DNA from: an uncultured Bacilli bacterium
GTDB taxonomy: Bacteria; Bacillota_I; Bacilli_A; RF39; UBA660
Length of the DNA: 64,000 nt
Direction of reading: 5' to 3'
NCBI GenBank assembly: GCA_934095845.1
Contig: CAKOKS010000006.1
Span: 258 to 64,257, forward strand
Part shown: positions 22,753 through 31,604 of the stretch, piece after piece
Numbering within the stretch: position 1 is the stretch's first letter
How the letters are laid out: each line of letters begins with the position of its first letter
Program-made: the position numbers and the translations under genes
Notes under the pieces: model-generated
What the model saw: only the letters and a program-made list of their open reading frames with translations
What the model was told of the DNA's origin: nothing
Database searches by the model: none

Positions 22753-25164
22753 TTAGCCTTTTATAACAATATTAACTATTCTTCCTTTAATAACTATTAT
22801 TTTAACTATTTCTTTACCTTCAATATGTTTTTTAACATTATCTTCGTTTAATGCTTTTGCTTTAATATCTTCTTCAGATTCATCATTAGAAACTGTAATA
22901 GTACCTCTTACTTTGCCATTTACTTGTACACCTATAGTAACATTTTCTTCTACTAATTTAGATTTATCTGCTACTGGCCAAGATGATTCGCATATAACAT
23001 TACCAAGTTTATAATATTCATTTAATTCTTCAGTTATATGAGGCGCGATTGGATTTAATAAAGTTAATAGTAATCTATATTCATCTTTAGTTATTGTTTC
23101 ATAAGAATCAAGTTCATTTAGTAAAATCATTAACGATGATACAGCTGTATTATATTTTAAAGTTATTAAATCATTTGAAACTTTATCAATTGTTTTATTT
23201 ATTAAAGTTTCATTTTTATAACCTTCACCAGTTCCAAGTTTTTCACCTAGTTTAATTACACGATCAATGAAACGTTTACATCCTTTAAGTGAGTCAGTAC
23301 TCCATGGAGCATCCATTTGATAGTCTCCCATAAATAATTCATATGTTCTTAATGTATCTGCTCCATATTCATTTACTATATCATCTGGATTAATAACATT
23401 ACCTTTACTTTTACTCATTTTTTGATTATCTGAACCTAAAATCATACCATGACTAACACGAACATCAATCATTTCTTTATTAGGAACTAGCCCAAAATTA
23501 TAAAGCATTTGAACCCAGAATCTAGCATAAAGTAAATGTCTTGCAGTATGTTCCATTCCACCATTATACCAGTTTACTTTACCCCAATATTTCATTGCGT
23601 CCATTGAAGCAAATTCATGATCATTATGAGCATCCATAAATCTTAAGAAATACCAACTAGATCCAGCCCATTGAGGCATTGTATCAGTTTCTCTGGTAGC
23701 ATCCCCACCACAGCATGGACATTTAGTATTTACCCAAGAAGTGATTTTTGCAAGTGGTGATTCACCATCATCTGTAGGTTCATATTCAGCAACATCTGGA
23801 AGTACTAGTGGTAAATCACTTTCATTCATTGGAACCCATCCACATTTAGGACAATTAATCATTGGAATTGGTTCTCCCCAGAATCTTTGTCTTGAGAATA
23901 TCCAGTCACGCATTTTATAGTTGTTTACTCTTCTTGCAATACCTTCATTTTCTAACTTTTTAGTTATTGCTTCTTTTGCATCTTCAACAGTTAAACCAGT
24001 AAATTCTTCAGAATTAATAAGTTTACAACCTACACCTAAATAATCTTGTTTTTCAAAAGCACGCTTGCTTACATCTGCTCCATCAATAACTTGAATCATT
24101 TCAAGATTATGGGCAACTGCATATTCAAAGTCTCTTTGGTCATGACTAGGAACAGCCATAACAGCACCAGTTCCATAAGAACCTAAAACAAAATCTCCTA
24201 AGAACACAGGAACTTCACGACCATTAACTGGGTTAATTGCCTTAATTCCTTTTAAAATACAACCAGTTTTACCTTTATTAAGTTCAGTTCTATCCATGGC
24301 ACTTTTCTTTTCAGTTTCATGAATATAGTCCATTACTTCATCTTTATTTTCTACTCTTGGAAGTAATTCTTTAATAAGTTTTCCATCTGGTGCTATTACA
24401 AAGAAAGTAATACCATAAACAGTTTCTATACATGTTGTGAATATTGAAAATTTTCCTCCACCAACTATGTTAACATCCATTTCTACACCAGTTGATTTAC
24501 CTATCCAATTTATTTGACCAAGTTTTACTTTATCAGCAAAATGAGTATCTTCTAGTCCAGTTAAAAGGTCTTCAGCATAATCACTCATTCTAAGCATCCA
24601 TTGGCTTTTTTCTTTTTGAATTACACTTGTTCCACATCTTTCACATACTCCACCAGCAGCATCTTCATTGGATAAAACACTTTTACATGTAGGACACCAG
24701 TTTACTGGAATTGTATCTTTATAAGCCATTCCATGTTTATAAAATTGTAAAAATTGCCATTGAGTCCATTTATAGTATTCTGGATCAGTTGTAGAAAATT
24801 CTCTACTCCAGTCAAATGACATACCTAAACTTTTCATTTGTTCTCTAAAATGATCTATATTAATTTTAGTTGCTTCTTTAGGATGAACATGATTTTTTAT
24901 AGCGTATTCTTCAGCAGGAGCTCCAAAAGCATCAAATCCCATTGGATATAAAACATTATATCCTTGCATTCTTTTCATTCTTGCCATTGCATCTTGAGCA
25001 GTATAACTTCTAACATGTCCAACATGAAGTCCAGCCCCACTTGGATAAGGGAATTCTACTAATATGTAATAAGGATTAGCTCCTTCATTTTTAACTTCAA
25101 AAGTGTGTTTATCTTCCCAATATTTTTGCCATTTTTTTTCAATATTTTTAAAATTATATTCCAT
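22753..25164 (-). CDS. leuS: Leucyl-tRNA synthetase.
   Basis: HVGHVRSY (HIGH) and KMSKSKGN (KMSKS) motifs. Start MEYNFKNIEKKWQKYW. Confidence 0.95.
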   Translation of the reverse strand: MEYNFKNIEKKWQKYWEDKHTFEVKNEGANPYYILVEFPYPSGAGLHVGHVRSYTAQDAMARMKRMQGYNVLYPMGFDAFGAPAEEYAIKNHVHPKEATKINIDHFREQMKSLGMSFDWSREFSTTDPEYYKWTQWQFLQFYKHGMAYKDTIPVNWCPTCKSVLSNEDAAGGVCERCGTSVIQKEKSQWMLRMSDYAEDLLTGLEDTHFADKVKLGQINWIGKSTGVEMDVNIVGGGKFSIFTTCIETVYGITFFVIAPDGKLIKELLPRVENKDEVMDYIHETEKKSAMDRTELNKGKTGCILKGIKAINPVNGREVPVFLGDFVLGSYGTGAVMAVPSHDQRDFEYAVAHNLEMIQVIDGADVSKRAFEKQDYLGVGCKLINSEEFTGLTVEDAKEAITKKLENEGIARRVNNYKMRDWIFSRQRFWGEPIPMINCPKCGWVPMNESDLPLVLPDVAEYEPTDDGESPLAKITSWVNTKCPCCGGDATRETDTMPQWAGSSWYFLRFMDAHNDHEFASMDAMKYWGKVNWYNGGMEHTARHLLYARFWVQMLYNFGLVPNKEMIDVRVSHGMILGSDNQKMSKSKGNVINPDDIVNEYGADTLRTYELFMGDYQMDAPWSTDSLKGCKRFIDRVIKLGEKLGTGEGYKNETLINKTIDKVSNDLITLKYNTAVSSLMILLNELDSYETITKDEYRLLLTLLNPIAPHITEELNEYYKLGNVICESSWPVADKSKLVEENVTIGVQVNGKVRGTITVSNDESEEDIKAKALNEDNVKKHIEGKEIVKIIVIKGRIVNIVIKG

Positions 25165-25166
25165 AA

Positions 25167-25505
25167 TTACCAACCTTTCTTTTTTAATATATAACCTAAT
25201 AAATTATAGCTTATAAGTATTAAGATTATAAATAATATAAAACTTATTATAATTGAGTATATATACTTAATATTAAGTCTTAAAATAAGTTCAATTGGAA
25301 TACTTATTATAAGAGAATTTACTACTATTATTATTTTTGATAAAAGCTTAGTTTTTTTATCATCTAATTTTAATTTATATTTTTTAGTAATAAACATTAA
25401 AGCTTGATTATCAATTAGATTATTATGTTTATTTTTCAGTATATAATTAACAAAATAATTTACTACAAATATAACAAAAAAAATTATCATAAATTCTAAA
25501 ATCAT
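25167..25505 (-). CDS. Small polytopic membrane protein (112 aa) between the T-box leader and leuS.
   Basis: GGAGG lies 5 nt before the ATG at 25505. The stop lies 2 nt before the leuS start. Confidence 0.5.
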   Translation of the reverse strand: MILEFMIIFFVIFVVNYFVNYILKNKHNNLIDNQALMFITKKYKLKLDDKKTKLLSKIIIVVNSLIISIPIELILRLNIKYIYSIIISFILFIILILISYNLLGYILKKKGW

Positions 25506-25515
25506 TTTTACCTCC

Positions 25516-25705
25516 AAAAAAAAGGTGATACCAAAGGACGATTATATATCGTGGTACCACCTTAATTAATACTCATAAGACTTTAAAGGGTCAATCCTGA
25601 CACATCCAAAAACAAGTTCATAAGCTCTTATTGTTTATTTACACCAACCATAAACTCTCTTTAAATAAGTTAACTTATTACTACTTTTTCTTCATCTGCT
25701 TAAGT
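25516..25705 (-). promoter_or_regulatory. T-box leader (Leu specifier CUU proposed) with an intrinsic terminator.
   Basis: The minus strand shows AGATGAAGAAAAAGTAGTA (GA/K-turn region), AGAGAG...GGTTGGTG, GAGCTTATGAAC (a CTT followed by A), the T-box sequence AATTAAGGTGGTACCACGA, and a terminator followed by T8. Confidence 0.7.
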
Positions 25706-25743
25706 GTATTATACAAAAAAGATATTTAAATGTAAATATCTTT

Positions 25744-26238
25744 TTATGCATCTTTTTCAACTGCATTAAATACTAGTGTACAAGTATACTCTTCAGTAGC
25801 ATCTTCTACAGAAGTTTTATTTAATTTCATTGTTAAAGTACCATTAAGTTTTCCTTTAGCAACTACTTTTGTAAGATCATCTGTAACACTATTTTCTATA
25901 GTAGTATATTTAGGAGTAGTGTTTGCTTTTGCTGTACAATTAATTGTAACATCAGCATCATAGTTACTTGAATTATTTGTTACTTCATAAGTTAAAACTG
26001 AATTATCATTAAGAGCTTTTAAATCTTTACTAGTAAATGTAAGTGTTTTTTTATCTTCGCTTACAATATCAGCATATACATCTGTTCCATCTAATGATGC
26101 TTTAGTAAATGTTACTAAAAAATCATCTGCATTTTCTCCAACTTTAGCACTTCCATTAATTATAAGTGTTGTACTTATTGCAGCAAATCCTACTGCTAAT
26201 AGTAGTATAGCTACTATTAAACTTGCTTTCTTTTTCAT
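25744..26238 (-). CDS. Surface-family member P2: free-standing N-module only (164 aa).
   Basis: Same signal/anchor and module as P1, P4 and P5. It ends at ...LVFNAVEKDA, exactly where the fusion partners begin in the paralogs. Confidence 0.75.
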   Translation of the reverse strand: MKKKASLIVAILLLAVGFAAISTTLIINGSAKVGENADDFLVTFTKASLDGTDVYADIVSEDKKTLTFTSKDLKALNDNSVLTYEVTNNSSNYDADVTINCTAKANTTPKYTTIENSVTDDLTKVVAKGKLNGTLTMKLNKTSVEDATEEYTCTLVFNAVEKDA

Positions 26239-26367
26239 TCTTTACCTCTCTTTACTTTCTATACTCAAAGTATATCACAAATTTCATTTATAATATTTAT
26301 TTTTTTACTTATAATTTGTAAATTTTTGTAAACTAAAAAGATAGATTAACTATCTTTAAGTTGTCTA

Positions 26368-29300
26368 TTATGCAATTCGGAAAGCTGGAGAGACTCCGTA
26401 GGAACTTCGTGCATAGAAGTCGTACGCAGCGCTGCTGTTCCGGTTGCCGTAGTTGATGACGTCAAGGAAGTACCCCACGCCGCCAGAAAGAGCCGAACGA
26501 AACCACCAATAATCATTACTCCCATTATATTGCTTTATTGCTCCTACATAACTACTTGTTGTTACTCCTTGATTTTTATAATAATCTAGTTGTTTTGACG
26601 TTCCTACTGATGTATCAGATGATGCATTTGATGAACTTGCAAAATCTTCATATATTTCTTCACTTGATAACAGATATAATTTATCTTGGGTTTCAAAGTT
26701 AGTTTCTCCTCTTGTTAGTCCATGACTTGATATTACTTTTGTTGAAGTTATTACATTTTGTAAGTCACTTGGAAGGGATTTATATATTGTATCATTTATA
26801 TATGTACGTAGTTTTGAATCTCTCCATCCTCCTACGTTTGTTCCGTATTGATTTGTTGCATCTGCTTCATTATAGTTATGTTTTTCTATTATATCTATAA
26901 ATTCTACTACAAATCCACATGCTGTTTCACTTGTTTCTGTTGTACACTCCCTTTTATTTGCTATTCTTACTGTTAATTCTTTAACTGGTTCTACACTTGA
27001 ATTACAAACATAGCTTGCTCCACTTCCTGAATATGATGAGCAATCATTTGTATGACTTGCTATTGTTACTTTCTTTGTATCTCCTACATTATAGTTATCT
27101 GTATTTCCTGTTTTAACTGCTCTTTGTATTGTTTGCCATGAATCTTCAAAAAACGATACTGGAACTGGTCCTTGTAGTCTAAATGCTGGTGAGACTCCGG
27201 TAGATGAACCTCTGCTACCCCAATTACCTGCATTATTAACCACAAGGAAGTAATATAAGTTGCTGGAAATAACTGAACGAAGCCACCAATAATCATTACT
27301 TCCATTATATTGTTTTATTGCTCCTACATATCTACTTGTTGTTACTCCTTGATTTTTATAATAGTCTAATTGTTTGGTATTATTATATGATGTATCATAT
27401 GTACTTACTTGATTACTTGTTCCATCTTCCCATATCTCATGTGCACTTAGTAAATACAATTTATCTTGTGTTTCAAAATTTGTTTTTTTACTTGTACCTC
27501 CCGATATTACTTTTGTTGAAGTTATTACATTTTGTAAGTCACTTGGAAGGGATTTATATATTGTGTTATTTATATATGTACGTAACTCTGAATCTCTCCA
27601 TCCACCTTTATTTGTATCTGTACTATTAAATTTTTGTTTTGTTATAATGTCTGCAAATTCTACTACAAATCCGCATGCTGTTTCACTTGTTTCTCCATTT
27701 GTACATTCACTTTTATTTGCTATTCTTACCGTATGTGTTCCAAAAGTTCCTAAATCTACTTCTTTTGTATCTCCTACATTGTATTTATCTGTATTTCCTG
27801 TTTTTACATTCGATGCGATTGTAGACCAGTCATCTTTTCCAAATTGACTTAAGCTTTCTTCCCATATTGCATACATATCTATATTTCCTGAAGTTGCTAA
27901 GTTTTTTACTGTTGCTCCTGCATTGTATGTTTCTCCTGTTATTGAATCTTTCGCCCAATTTACAAAATCATAGTTTTCTTTTGTAAATGAGTTTCCTGCT
28001 ATTGTACAATTTGTATCATATACGCATGTTGTTTTATTCATACTTCCAGTTCCACCATTTGCATTATATGTGATTGTATATGTATTTGCACTCCATTTTG
28101 CATATAATGTTATACTTCCGGTTTCAACTAAGTTTCTTACTGTTGCATCTGCTGTATATTCTATTTCTCCTTCACTTGTTTTACTCCATCCGGATATTGT
28201 ATATCCTTCTTTTGTAAATCCTTCTGTACTTAATTTACAATCTTTATCATATGTACATGTTAATTCAGTCTTTGTTCCAGACCCGCCATTATTATTAAAT
28301 ACTACTTTATATGTATTTGCTGTAAATACTGCATACAATGTTTTACTTGGATAATTTGTATCTATGAATGTTCCATTTACTGTATTTGTTACTTCATAGT
28401 TCTTACTTCCATTTTCTTTTTCCGAATATCCTGTTAATGTATATCCAGTTTTACTAAATCCATTATTTGTAAATGCTTGATTTTCTTTTCCATACAAGTA
28501 TTTTACTTCTTTTTTTGTACTTCCATTTATAAATGTTACTTTCAATTCTTTTCTTTCATAATAGTAATCTACTTTGGCACTTCCATCTGCTAATATTTTT
28601 ACTGTTTGTTTACTTGGTGTTACAAATCCTTCATATGTTTTTAATTCAGCTTCTACTGTTTTATTTGTTGTTCCTGTATATACTATACTTTCTGTTGCAC
28701 TTCTATATGTTTTATCTATTGTTTGTAAATAATAATTTACTGTATATTTTGTATTTGTTTCTTCTGTCCATTTGGCTTTTATTGTTATATCTTTTGCATA
28801 TTTATATACACTTTCACTTGTTATACTTTCTGTATCTAAATGCCATCCTCCAAAGTTATATCCTGTTTTGGTTGGACTTGTTATTTCTCCTATTTTACTA
28901 TCATATGTTACAGTTTTACTATTTACTGTTGTTCCTCCATCTGTATCAAAGTTAATTGTATATGTATTTGGATTACATTTTACATATATTGTTTTATCTT
29001 CTCTTGTACTTATACTTGTTGTATATTTTATTTCTCCTGTTGGTGTATCTCTATATCCACATGTATATCCTGTTTTTGTTGGAGTATCTAAAGTAATATT
29101 TGTTTCTTCATAATTCGCTGTTAATGTTACTGTTCCATTTAATTCACTTGTTAAGTTTTTAAATGTTGTTGCTTTTGTTAAGTTTCCATTCCAAGAAGTT
29201 CCATTTGCTAAAGCTGAGGAAGATAAGTTTTCTCCTGTCCATCCTGTAAATACTGGATTTCCTGTATAACTTGTTTTTGTTAATGTTGCTCCTTGATTAT

Positions 29301-30447
29301 TGGCATCTATTGTTATTGTTGTTTGTTTTGTTGGATTTGTTATTTCCACATCTTTATCAAACATTGCTCCTGTTGGTGCTTTTTCTGATAATCCTCCTTT
29401 TAAGTTATATGCTATTGTATATGTATTTTCTCCATAATATGCATATAATTTATTTGTTGTTGTTTCTATTATAAATGTATTATCTGTTATTTTTTTTCCG
29501 TTTTCATCTTTCCAATATAAAAATTTTATTCCTTCTTTTGTTGGTATTGGTAGATCTGCATATCTTGTATTTTCTGTTACTTCTATTTCTTCATCTGCTT
29601 CTCCATTATTTTTTACTAGAGTTATTTTTATCTTTTTATTATTTTCTTCTTTTAGTTTATTTTCTGTTATTTTATGCCCTTCATTAAATTCTATTTCTCC
29701 TGTATGTGTTGTTGTTACATTTACTGTATCTATGGCATTTTGTTTTATTGTTTCTTTATCTTTATTTACATCTAAACTATCTATATAATATAGTTCATGT
29801 TTTCCTCTTTCCAAATTTCCTACATAAAAGTATCCATAATCATCTGTTTTTACAAATTGAGGATTTTCTGAAAATACTGCTACGTTAGCATTTGGTATTA
29901 CATTTCCTTCTTTATCAGTGAAATATCCACTTATACTATATACTTTTTCATTTATTGGTGTTGTATCTATTGTATCTCTTTCTTCGGCATTAAATTCTAA
30001 TTCTACTGTTATTGGTATTCTTTTTTCTTCTAATGTTACTTTTTTTAGTTTTATTTCTAGGGTTCCTTTTCTTGTTTCTCTGGCACTTAATTTCTTTTCT
30101 GCATCAAATGTATTTGTTACTTCTATTTCATTTGTATTATCTACTTTTACCGTTACTTTTACACTTGCATCATATATTGTACATCCATTTGTTACATCAT
30201 ATTCTAGTGTTGATGTTTCATCTTTACTTTTTAATATTGTTTCAAATGTTATTGTTTTTTTATCTTCACTTATTATTTCATTTGTATAGTCTTCTTTATT
30301 TAATGTTGCTCCTGAAAAATATATTTTGAAGTCTCCTTCATTTTCTGCTATTGTTGTTACTCCATTTATTATTAATGTTGTTGTTAGAGTAGCAAAGCCG
30401 ATTGCTAGTAATAATATTCCAATAAATATTAAGTTTCTCTTTTTCAT
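26368..30447 (-). CDS. Surface-family member P3 (1359 aa): divergent N-module, CarboxypepD_reg-like domain, multiple Listeria-Bacteroides (Flg_new/InlB B-repeat) repeats, a MucBP-like segment, and two WWLRS...GVSPAFR head domains.
   Basis: Repeats of the type NTYTI.Y..NGG......P.K.GY.F.GW. Head 1 resembles the P1 head and head 2 resembles the P4 head. Confidence 0.85.
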   Translation of the reverse strand: MKKRNLIFIGILLLAIGFATLTTTLIINGVTTIAENEGDFKIYFSGATLNKEDYTNEIISEDKKTITFETILKSKDETSTLEYDVTNGCTIYDASVKVTVKVDNTNEIEVTNTFDAEKKLSARETRKGTLEIKLKKVTLEEKRIPITVELEFNAEERDTIDTTPINEKVYSISGYFTDKEGNVIPNANVAVFSENPQFVKTDDYGYFYVGNLERGKHELYYIDSLDVNKDKETIKQNAIDTVNVTTTHTGEIEFNEGHKITENKLKEENNKKIKITLVKNNGEADEEIEVTENTRYADLPIPTKEGIKFLYWKDENGKKITDNTFIIETTTNKLYAYYGENTYTIAYNLKGGLSEKAPTGAMFDKDVEITNPTKQTTITIDANNQGATLTKTSYTGNPVFTGWTGENLSSSALANGTSWNGNLTKATTFKNLTSELNGTVTLTANYEETNITLDTPTKTGYTCGYRDTPTGEIKYTTSISTREDKTIYVKCNPNTYTINFDTDGGTTVNSKTVTYDSKIGEITSPTKTGYNFGGWHLDTESITSESVYKYAKDITIKAKWTEETNTKYTVNYYLQTIDKTYRSATESIVYTGTTNKTVEAELKTYEGFVTPSKQTVKILADGSAKVDYYYERKELKVTFINGSTKKEVKYLYGKENQAFTNNGFSKTGYTLTGYSEKENGSKNYEVTNTVNGTFIDTNYPSKTLYAVFTANTYKVVFNNNGGSGTKTELTCTYDKDCKLSTEGFTKEGYTISGWSKTSEGEIEYTADATVRNLVETGSITLYAKWSANTYTITYNANGGTGSMNKTTCVYDTNCTIAGNSFTKENYDFVNWAKDSITGETYNAGATVKNLATSGNIDMYAIWEESLSQFGKDDWSTIASNVKTGNTDKYNVGDTKEVDLGTFGTHTVRIANKSECTNGETSETACGFVVEFADIITKQKFNSTDTNKGGWRDSELRTYINNTIYKSLPSDLQNVITSTKVISGGTSKKTNFETQDKLYLLSAHEIWEDGTSNQVSTYDTSYNNTKQLDYYKNQGVTTSRYVGAIKQYNGSNDYWWLRSVISSNLYYFLVVNNAGNWGSRGSSTGVSPAFRLQGPVPVSFFEDSWQTIQRAVKTGNTDNYNVGDTKKVTIASHTNDCSSYSGSGASYVCNSSVEPVKELTVRIANKRECTTETSETACGFVVEFIDIIEKHNYNEADATNQYGTNVGGWRDSKLRTYINDTIYKSLPSDLQNVITSTKVISSHGLTRGETNFETQDKLYLLSSEEIYEDFASSSNASSDTSVGTSKQLDYYKNQGVTTSSYVGAIKQYNGSNDYWWFRSALSGGVGYFLDVINYGNRNSSAAYDFYARSSYGVSPAFRIA

Positions 30448-30449
30448 GA

Positions 30450-31034
30450 CTATTTTACTCCTTTATAAAATTCTTCCATACTTGGTAATGATTCATATAT
30501 TTCTTCTTTACAATATTTGTACTTCTTATTTTCTTTCTTTGTACATTCATTTAAACTTGCATAATTATTTATTACTGGAAGTGTTACTGTTAAGCTTCTT
30601 GCTGAATCATTCTTACACTTTCCATTTTTACTTATTATATTTATTGTATATTTTATTATATCTTTACTATATATTGTTTCATAACTTGCTTTTTTATCTT
30701 CTACTTCTAACATCTTTGTTTCTTTTGTATAGTCATTATATATTTCTACTCGATAATCTTCTTTTATATTACTTAAATTTATCTTAAATACTTTATCTAC
30801 TACATCTTTTCCTGTTGTTTCATCATATCCAACTATTTTGTCTATTTTTTCATATTTTATTTTTACTTTTTTTGCTCCTCTTTTTGCCTTACTTTGAGCT
30901 AATGTTCCACATTTACTTACATTAAAGTCTAATTTTTCTGCTTTCGTTGGATAGGCATACTTTTCTCTTCCTATTACAAATATACCTATTACTACACACA
31001 AAAAAACTGCGACACACACACCTATTTTTCTCAT
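30450..31034 (-). CDS. Membrane-anchored hypothetical protein (194 aa), first gene of the P3 operon.
   Basis: AGAGGAG lies 9 nt before the ATG at 31034. The ORF-track start at 31061 lies a few nt after the -10 and is unlikely. The stop is 2 nt before the P3 start. Confidence 0.55.
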   Translation of the reverse strand: MRKIGVCVAVFLCVVIGIFVIGREKYAYPTKAEKLDFNVSKCGTLAQSKAKRGAKKVKIKYEKIDKIVGYDETTGKDVVDKVFKINLSNIKEDYRVEIYNDYTKETKMLEVEDKKASYETIYSKDIIKYTINIISKNGKCKNDSARSLTVTLPVINNYASLNECTKKENKKYKYCKEEIYESLPSMEEFYKGVK

Positions 31035-31065
31035 CGTTAATATCTCCTCTATTTTTTTCATTTTT

Positions 31066-31093
31066 AGTATATAATACCCCCCCCGATTGTCAA
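31066..31093 (-). promoter_or_regulatory. Sigma-A-type promoter with a G8 tract in the spacer (locus 1).
   Basis: The minus strand reads TTGACA-ATC-GGGGGGGG-TATTA-TATACT. C8 on the plus strand is at 31077-31084, and the spacer is 16 nt at G8. A block of about 60 bp is identical to 36714-36771. Confidence 0.6.
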
Positions 31094-31236
31094 ATTTTTC
31101 TGTTGAAAACTTATAATATTTTTACATCACTTTTACAGAGGGTGTATATATACATTAACAAAATAAAATAAATAAAAAATTAAAAGTATATGCAAAACAA
31201 ATTGCAAATCTTTAGGTTTCGTGTTATATTTTATTT

Positions 31237-31304
31237 AGTGAGAAGCAAAGTTTCTTTACCACCGTTGTTGGTGCACCTTTTTCAAAAGAAAAGGTGCTTT
31301 TTTA
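31237..31304 (+). ncRNA. Candidate small antisense RNA (about 68 nt).
   Basis: Promoter TTGCAA (31202-31207), 17 nt spacer, TATATT (31225-31230). Canonical terminator: stem 31273-31281/31289-31297, then T6. Convergent with the small toxin-like ORF. Confidence 0.4.
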
Positions 31305-31312
31305 TTTTGCTC

Positions 31313-31405
31313 TTATCTACTTTTATATAAAAGCAGAAGTAAAATAAAAATAATAATGAAAAGGGTAACAATTAAAACATCTGTTTTAAATGATTTCTTA
31401 AACAT
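31313..31405 (-). CDS. 30 aa hydrophobic peptide MFKKSFKTDVLIVTLFIIIFILLLLLYKSR; type I toxin-like candidate.
   Basis: Not in the ORF track because it is too short. AGGGAAG lies about 9 nt upstream. A consensus promoter TTGACA (31520-31525) -16- TATAAT (31498-31503) is on the minus strand. Confidence 0.35.
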   Translation of the reverse strand: MFKKSFKTDVLIVTLFIIIFILLLLLYKSR

Positions 31406-31604
31406 TATAAATCACTTCCCTACTACAGCCTTTGCTGAAATTTACGTCCTACATATAAGAAAGTGATAAGCATCTTTTCTTTGCTTCTCGAATGGTTATT
31501 ATAAAGACTAAAATACGTATGTCAATAGACTCGACAAATGTCGACAAAATTAGAACCTAAAAATTTAATACAAACAAAAAACAGGCAATTTTATTGCCTA
31601 TTTT

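Noticed and set aside
28533-30787. Many plus-strand ORFs inside the P3 gene (for example 28533-28955, 29918-30289, 30012-30329, 30326-30787) encoding L/F/Y/I-rich proteins. Similar ones lie inside P1 (18356-18865, 18808-19113) and P4 (35824-36189, 36096-36422).
   Set aside because: They are antisense to long minus-strand genes with clear domain content. Their low-complexity hydrophobic composition is what the reverse frame of AT-rich coding DNA produces. They have no RBS or promoter context.
31034-31061. The ORF-track start at 31061 for the 203 aa protein. Several other track starts use TTG/GTG or upstream ATGs (5839, 11560, 16229, 20645, 25173, 25517, 47101).
   Set aside because: The ATG at 31061 lies only a few nt after the -10 hexamer, so it is probably not in the transcript. 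In each case a downstream ATG has a proper Shine-Dalgarno sequence, and I adjusted the coordinates accordingly.
31240-31489. An 11 bp perfect inverted repeat (GAGAAGCAAAG / CTTTGCTTCTC) flanking about 230 bp, considered as an invertible promoter switch.
   Set aside because: There is no adjacent invertase, and the enclosed segment carries its own outward and inward promoters. The repeat is more economically explained as 5'-3' RNA pairing in the toxin-like mRNA (see the finding at 31200-31530). Inversion cannot be excluded without read data.
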